A stretch of DNA of 53,318 nt from an uncultured Gammaproteobacteria bacterium (GTDB lineage Bacteria; Patescibacteriota; Microgenomatia; UBA1406; GWC2-37-13), in contig CAYGGJ010000001.1 in NCBI GenBank assembly GCA_964349415.1, positions 1 through 53,318 of the forward strand. Reading direction: 5' to 3'. Positions 50,181 to 53,318 of the stretch are shown here, piece by piece; positions within the stretch are counted from its first letter, which is position 1, and the number at the start of each line of letters is the position of its first letter. A model generated the notes under the pieces. The model saw only the letters and a list, made by a program, of their open reading frames with translations, had not been told where the DNA came from and searched no databases. Both the position numbers and the translations under genes were made by a program.

Positions 50181-51821
50181 TTGATATATAATTCTAGTGT
50201 GCAATTTATAAAGCGGGAATTTCTCATACTCATCCTGATATTTGCTATAGCTGCAGTACTGCGGTTGGTCGGCCTCAACTGGGACCAGGGTTTTCATCTG
50301 CATCCCGACGAAAGATTTTTGACTATGGTTGGGGTTGCTATGAAGATGCCGTCTTCCATCATTGAGTATCTTGATCCCGCAAAGTCTCCTATGAACCCGG
50401 CAAATATAGGTTTCCCTTTTTTTGTCTACGGTATCTTTCCCTTAACTCTTGCAAAGCTCGTTGCGCTTATCTCGGGACTTGATACTTACGAAGGATTTAC
50501 GCTCGTGGGAAGGGGTCTGTCGGCTTTAGCTGACCTGTTTGCGGTCGCGGTATTGTTTAAGGTTGTCGAGTATTTCGAAAAAGAATATGATTTTTCACCA
50601 AAGCTCAAATTTTTTACAGTATTCTTTTATGCCATTTCTGTCCTTCCGATCCAACTTTCCCACTTTTTTGCAGTCGACACGTTCCTTAATGGTTTTTTAC
50701 TTTTAAGCTTTTATTCGCTTCTTAGAAAAAAAGCATGGCTATCCGCTATCTTTTTCGGACTAGCCGCCGCTTCGAAGGTGACGGCAGTCTTTTTTCTACC
50801 GGTTTTAGTTTTCCTAATGTTCAAATCCTCGCGATCTTCTAAGGATTTATTAAAGCTTCTCTTCCTATTTTTTCTGGTCAGTTTCCTGATCTTAAAGATC
50901 ACCAATCCATACATCTTCTCAACAGGGAATATTTTTGATCCTAAACCTCACCCTCTATTTTTAAAGAATCTTCAGGACCTTAAGATCTTACAAAATCCTG
51001 ATATTTGGTATCCACCTTCTGTACAGTGGATTAATAAGAGGCCCGTAACCTTTGCCCTTAATAATCTGGTTACCTATGGACTTGGAATTCCTCTCGGAAT
51101 TCTTGCCGTGACAGGAGCAGTGTACTTATTCAGCAGAAGAAGATATGCGATTCCTTCAGTACTTCTTTCATGGGTCCTCGTTTTCTTCCTGTATGAATCA
51201 AGCCAGTTTACTAAAAACATGCGCTACTTTCTCATCCTGTATCCATACCTAGCTTTTTTTGCGGCATACGGACTAATTCATTTGTTCAGAAATAAATACA
51301 CGCGAATTATTATTCTCACTCTCACAGTTATTTGGCCAATGGCCTTTTTTTCGATCTACTTAAGACCTCATTCGCGCGTGGAAGCAACCCGGTGGATTCT
51401 TGAGAACATCCCTACTGAAAGTAGAATTTTGGTAGAGCACTGGGATGACGCATTGCCTCTTCCTCTTGAGGATCCAAATAAAAAGACCTATACGCTCACG
51501 GAGCTACCGGTGTTCGATAAGGATTCTGATGAAAAATGGGAGAGAATGAGCAGACTCCTTAAAAGCGGTGACTATTATGTGCTGTCATCAAATCGGGCAT
51601 GGGGGAGCGTGACTACGGTTCCGGAAAAATATCCGCGCACTAGCCAATACTACAGAGAGCTATTAGGAGAAAAAACTGAATACAGATTGGTGAAAAAAAT
51701 TACTTCTTATCCATCGCTTCGGTATCTGGGAATTCCTCTTGATTTTCCCGACCAACAATCAGACGAGTCGTTTACGGTCTACGACCACCCCGTGGTACTC
51801 ATCTATCAAAGATTGAACTAA
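50181..51821 (+). CDS. Polytopic membrane glycosyltransferase, GT-C fold (GT39/ArnT/DUF2298-like)
   Basis: TTG start. The first loop LNWDQGFHLHPDERF has the acidic DE-type motif of GT-C enzymes. About 12 TM helices, then a soluble C-terminal domain. Confidence 0.65.
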   Translation: MIYNSSVQFIKREFLILILIFAIAAVLRLVGLNWDQGFHLHPDERFLTMVGVAMKMPSSIIEYLDPAKSPMNPANIGFPFFVYGIFPLTLAKLVALISGLDTYEGFTLVGRGLSALADLFAVAVLFKVVEYFEKEYDFSPKLKFFTVFFYAISVLPIQLSHFFAVDTFLNGFLLLSFYSLLRKKAWLSAIFFGLAAASKVTAVFFLPVLVFLMFKSSRSSKDLLKLLFLFFLVSFLILKITNPYIFSTGNIFDPKPHPLFLKNLQDLKILQNPDIWYPPSVQWINKRPVTFALNNLVTYGLGIPLGILAVTGAVYLFSRRRYAIPSVLLSWVLVFFLYESSQFTKNMRYFLILYPYLAFFAAYGLIHLFRNKYTRIIILTLTVIWPMAFFSIYLRPHSRVEATRWILENIPTESRILVEHWDDALPLPLEDPNKKTYTLTELPVFDKDSDEKWERMSRLLKSGDYYVLSSNRAWGSVTTVPEKYPRTSQYYRELLGEKTEYRLVKKITSYPSLRYLGIPLDFPDQQSDESFTVYDHPVVLIYQRLN

Positions 51822-51888
51822 CCTCCAAGAGAAGATTTTGGCTTCAGACAAAATACTATAAGATAAAATTGTGGTATAATTACCCTCT

Positions 51889-53112
51889 ATGCATGAAATT
51901 TGGGGGCCACGAAAGATGGAGCTAGTTAGGCGTAACTCACCACGCCATGATCTTCTTATGGAGCGTTTAGAATGGGAACGAAATGATGAACTCAGACTTT
52001 TTGGATCAAGATACCGGCGCCTGCAAGATCTAGGAGCTACTGAGACAACTTTAAAAAGTGAACTGAGAAGTCTAAAGGGAAAGCTGAGAGTGTCTTTAGA
52101 AGATCCAAAATCTAGTCAAGAAATATTTGACTACCTGCAAACAACAGGCTTAGGGACCATTCTTTTTCCTACAGCGACCGATCTAACTGCGGATGAAATG
52201 GGCAAGAAAATTGTGAGAGTAAGTGACAGGCGAATGAGTGAATTCTTAGATAAACATCGCGAGTTATATTGGGAAAAAGAGCGGGAATTAAACAAAGAAA
52301 CGCCGATATTGAAAAAGGATTTTTTGGATCAGATAGAAAGAGCAGTTGAGGAAGGCCGACTTCCTCAGATTTCCCTACCCAGAGTCAGAAAGATCGTCTC
52401 ATCTTTTCATACAGAGTTGATAGATGTAATAAACACAAATCGCTTAAGACGTAGGGGAGATATGTCTCACGATGACGAAAGTGTCGGGATCGGAATAACC
52501 GAATTAACAGATGGTACTTTGAGAGATACATTTTTTCACGAAGCCTTTCATGCTATAGCAGGAAGTACATTAATCTTCACAGAAGATGAAGTGGATAAAG
52601 ATTGGGACAGACTATTTTCCACTCACTCCGGTCTTGCAAATACAAACGGAAGATGGCTGAACGAAGCCGTAACAGAGCATCTTACCTTAATGTTACTTGA
52701 TGATGGTCTTTCTTTTGACCCGAATGCAATTTTAAGACAAGCTCAAAAAGAACAAGAAGACAGAAAAGGAAACTCATATTTTTATGAACGGGCTTTGTTA
52801 GGATGGGTGATGCGACTCGGAGATGTTGATCCACAGCGTATGCTTCGTGCTTATTTTGAGGATTTCAATCCAGAGGCAGAAAAGGGTTATAGAGCTCGCT
52901 CAAGAAAAGCATTCTATAAAGAGATCACAAAAAAATTTGGAAAAGGTTTCCTGAGAAAGCTCGATGTGCTTATTAATAAATATGGGATAAGGCAAGTTGC
53001 AATTGCGATGAAGCAAGAAGGGCCATTAATTCTTGAAGTCTATGGACGTCCCCCAAAAGCAGAAAGTATAGAATCCTTCCTGTTGATGAATAAGAACTTC
53101 AAGAGGTCTTAA
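51889..53112 (+). CDS. Orphan 407-aa protein with a gluzincin-like HExxH ... WLNEAVTEH motif pair
   Basis: FFHEAFHAI, with GRWLNEAVTEHLTL downstream. The same motif pair and order as the 677-aa protein at 13047-15080. Confidence 0.7.
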   Translation: MHEIWGPRKMELVRRNSPRHDLLMERLEWERNDELRLFGSRYRRLQDLGATETTLKSELRSLKGKLRVSLEDPKSSQEIFDYLQTTGLGTILFPTATDLTADEMGKKIVRVSDRRMSEFLDKHRELYWEKERELNKETPILKKDFLDQIERAVEEGRLPQISLPRVRKIVSSFHTELIDVINTNRLRRRGDMSHDDESVGIGITELTDGTLRDTFFHEAFHAIAGSTLIFTEDEVDKDWDRLFSTHSGLANTNGRWLNEAVTEHLTLMLLDDGLSFDPNAILRQAQKEQEDRKGNSYFYERALLGWVMRLGDVDPQRMLRAYFEDFNPEAEKGYRARSRKAFYKEITKKFGKGFLRKLDVLINKYGIRQVAIAMKQEGPLILEVYGRPPKAESIESFLLMNKNFKRS

Positions 53113-53317
53113 AAAGCTCGGTATAAAACTTCAAAATATCTTTTGAAGAAATAAAAGCCTTCAACTTTCCCTTACTTTCATCATTCACATAGTGCTTCTT
53201 ATTGTTTAAAACATTATTTATAGCAGAGGCGAGTTTCTGTGGACTTTTTGGTTCGACCTGAACTCCCATGCCGGTTTGTCGGATAGGATAACGGACTCCT
53301 GGCATTGATGTCGCCAC
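53099..53317 (-). CDS. C-terminal fragment of a GT-B (group 1) glycosyltransferase, truncated by the window edge
   Basis: ATSMPGVRYPIRQTGMGVQVEPKSPQKLASAINNVLNNKK resembles the GT4 C-terminal block (.....G..v.p.d...la.ai..ll.d). The ORF is open to the window end. Confidence 0.5.
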   Translation of the reverse strand: MATSMPGVRYPIRQTGMGVQVEPKSPQKLASAINNVLNNKKHYVNDESKGKLKAFISSKDILKFYTELFKTS

Positions 53318-53318
53318 C

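Noticed and set aside
1-53318. CRISPR arrays, rRNA genes, recognisable integrases/transposases/reverse transcriptases, toxin-antitoxin pairs or restriction-modification genes
   Set aside because: No regularly spaced direct repeats were seen, and no rRNA-like conserved stretches. No ORF carries the R..H..R..Y, DDE, YxDD or similar motifs I looked for. The only RNA gene supported is tRNA-Leu.
1-53318. Alternative genetic code (UGA recoded, as in some candidate phyla)
   Set aside because: Long ORFs are intact under the standard code. TGA terminates well-delimited genes at the expected length (for example the GH18-like gene at 1161-1163 and the surface protein gene ending at 17789-17791).

Overview
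This is a gene-dense 53.3-kb bacterial segment, AT-rich by eye (sampled 60-nt lines are 30-50% GC). It reads cleanly in the standard code, with TGA, TAA and TAG all used as stops.

The content points to a small-genome, Patescibacteria/CPR-like organism, but that is an inference from gene content, not a database result. The supporting traits are:
- A thin scatter of housekeeping genes: pth, rpmB, def, ychF, pepA, a TrmH-type methyltransferase, an NMN adenylyltransferase and tRNA-Leu(CAA).
- Many orphan proteins, some very large (2470, 1214, 969, 720 and 677 aa).
- A large share of secreted or anchored Cys-rich proteins.
- Several glycosyltransferases.
- Abutting or overlapping convergent gene ends.
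- -10 boxes sitting only 5-9 nt from start codons.

I saw no rRNA, CRISPR array, recognisable integrase/transposase or reverse transcriptase.

The most notable observations are:
1. The ychF promoter and its first 8 codons occur three times (one intact, two decayed). The copies bracket two orphan genes (461 aa and 1214 aa) whose upstream leaders are also homologous, which looks like serial cassette insertion at the ychF 5' end.
2. A 2470-aa membrane protein fuses a GT-A glycosyltransferase-like domain, a Hanks-type kinase-like domain with non-canonical HTD/DFH motifs, and a C-terminal transglutaminase-like Cys-His-Asp core.
3. A five-gene surface operon encodes two cohesin-like proteins (one with LPKTG), a dockerin-bearing protein with three Cys-rich modules, and an FN3-like protein.
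4. A roughly 1.1-kb high-GC island (about 63% GC in a counted line, against 30-33% in AT-rich flanking lines) encodes a signal-anchored Cys-containing protein. It lies beside a truncated HTH-like ORF and conspicuous palindromes.
5. Two orphan proteins share a thermolysin-like HExxH ... WLxEAxxE motif pair.
6. A dispersed palindromic intergenic repeat is built from GCATTTAG/CTAAATGC units.

All functional calls come from motifs read in the translations. No searches were run.
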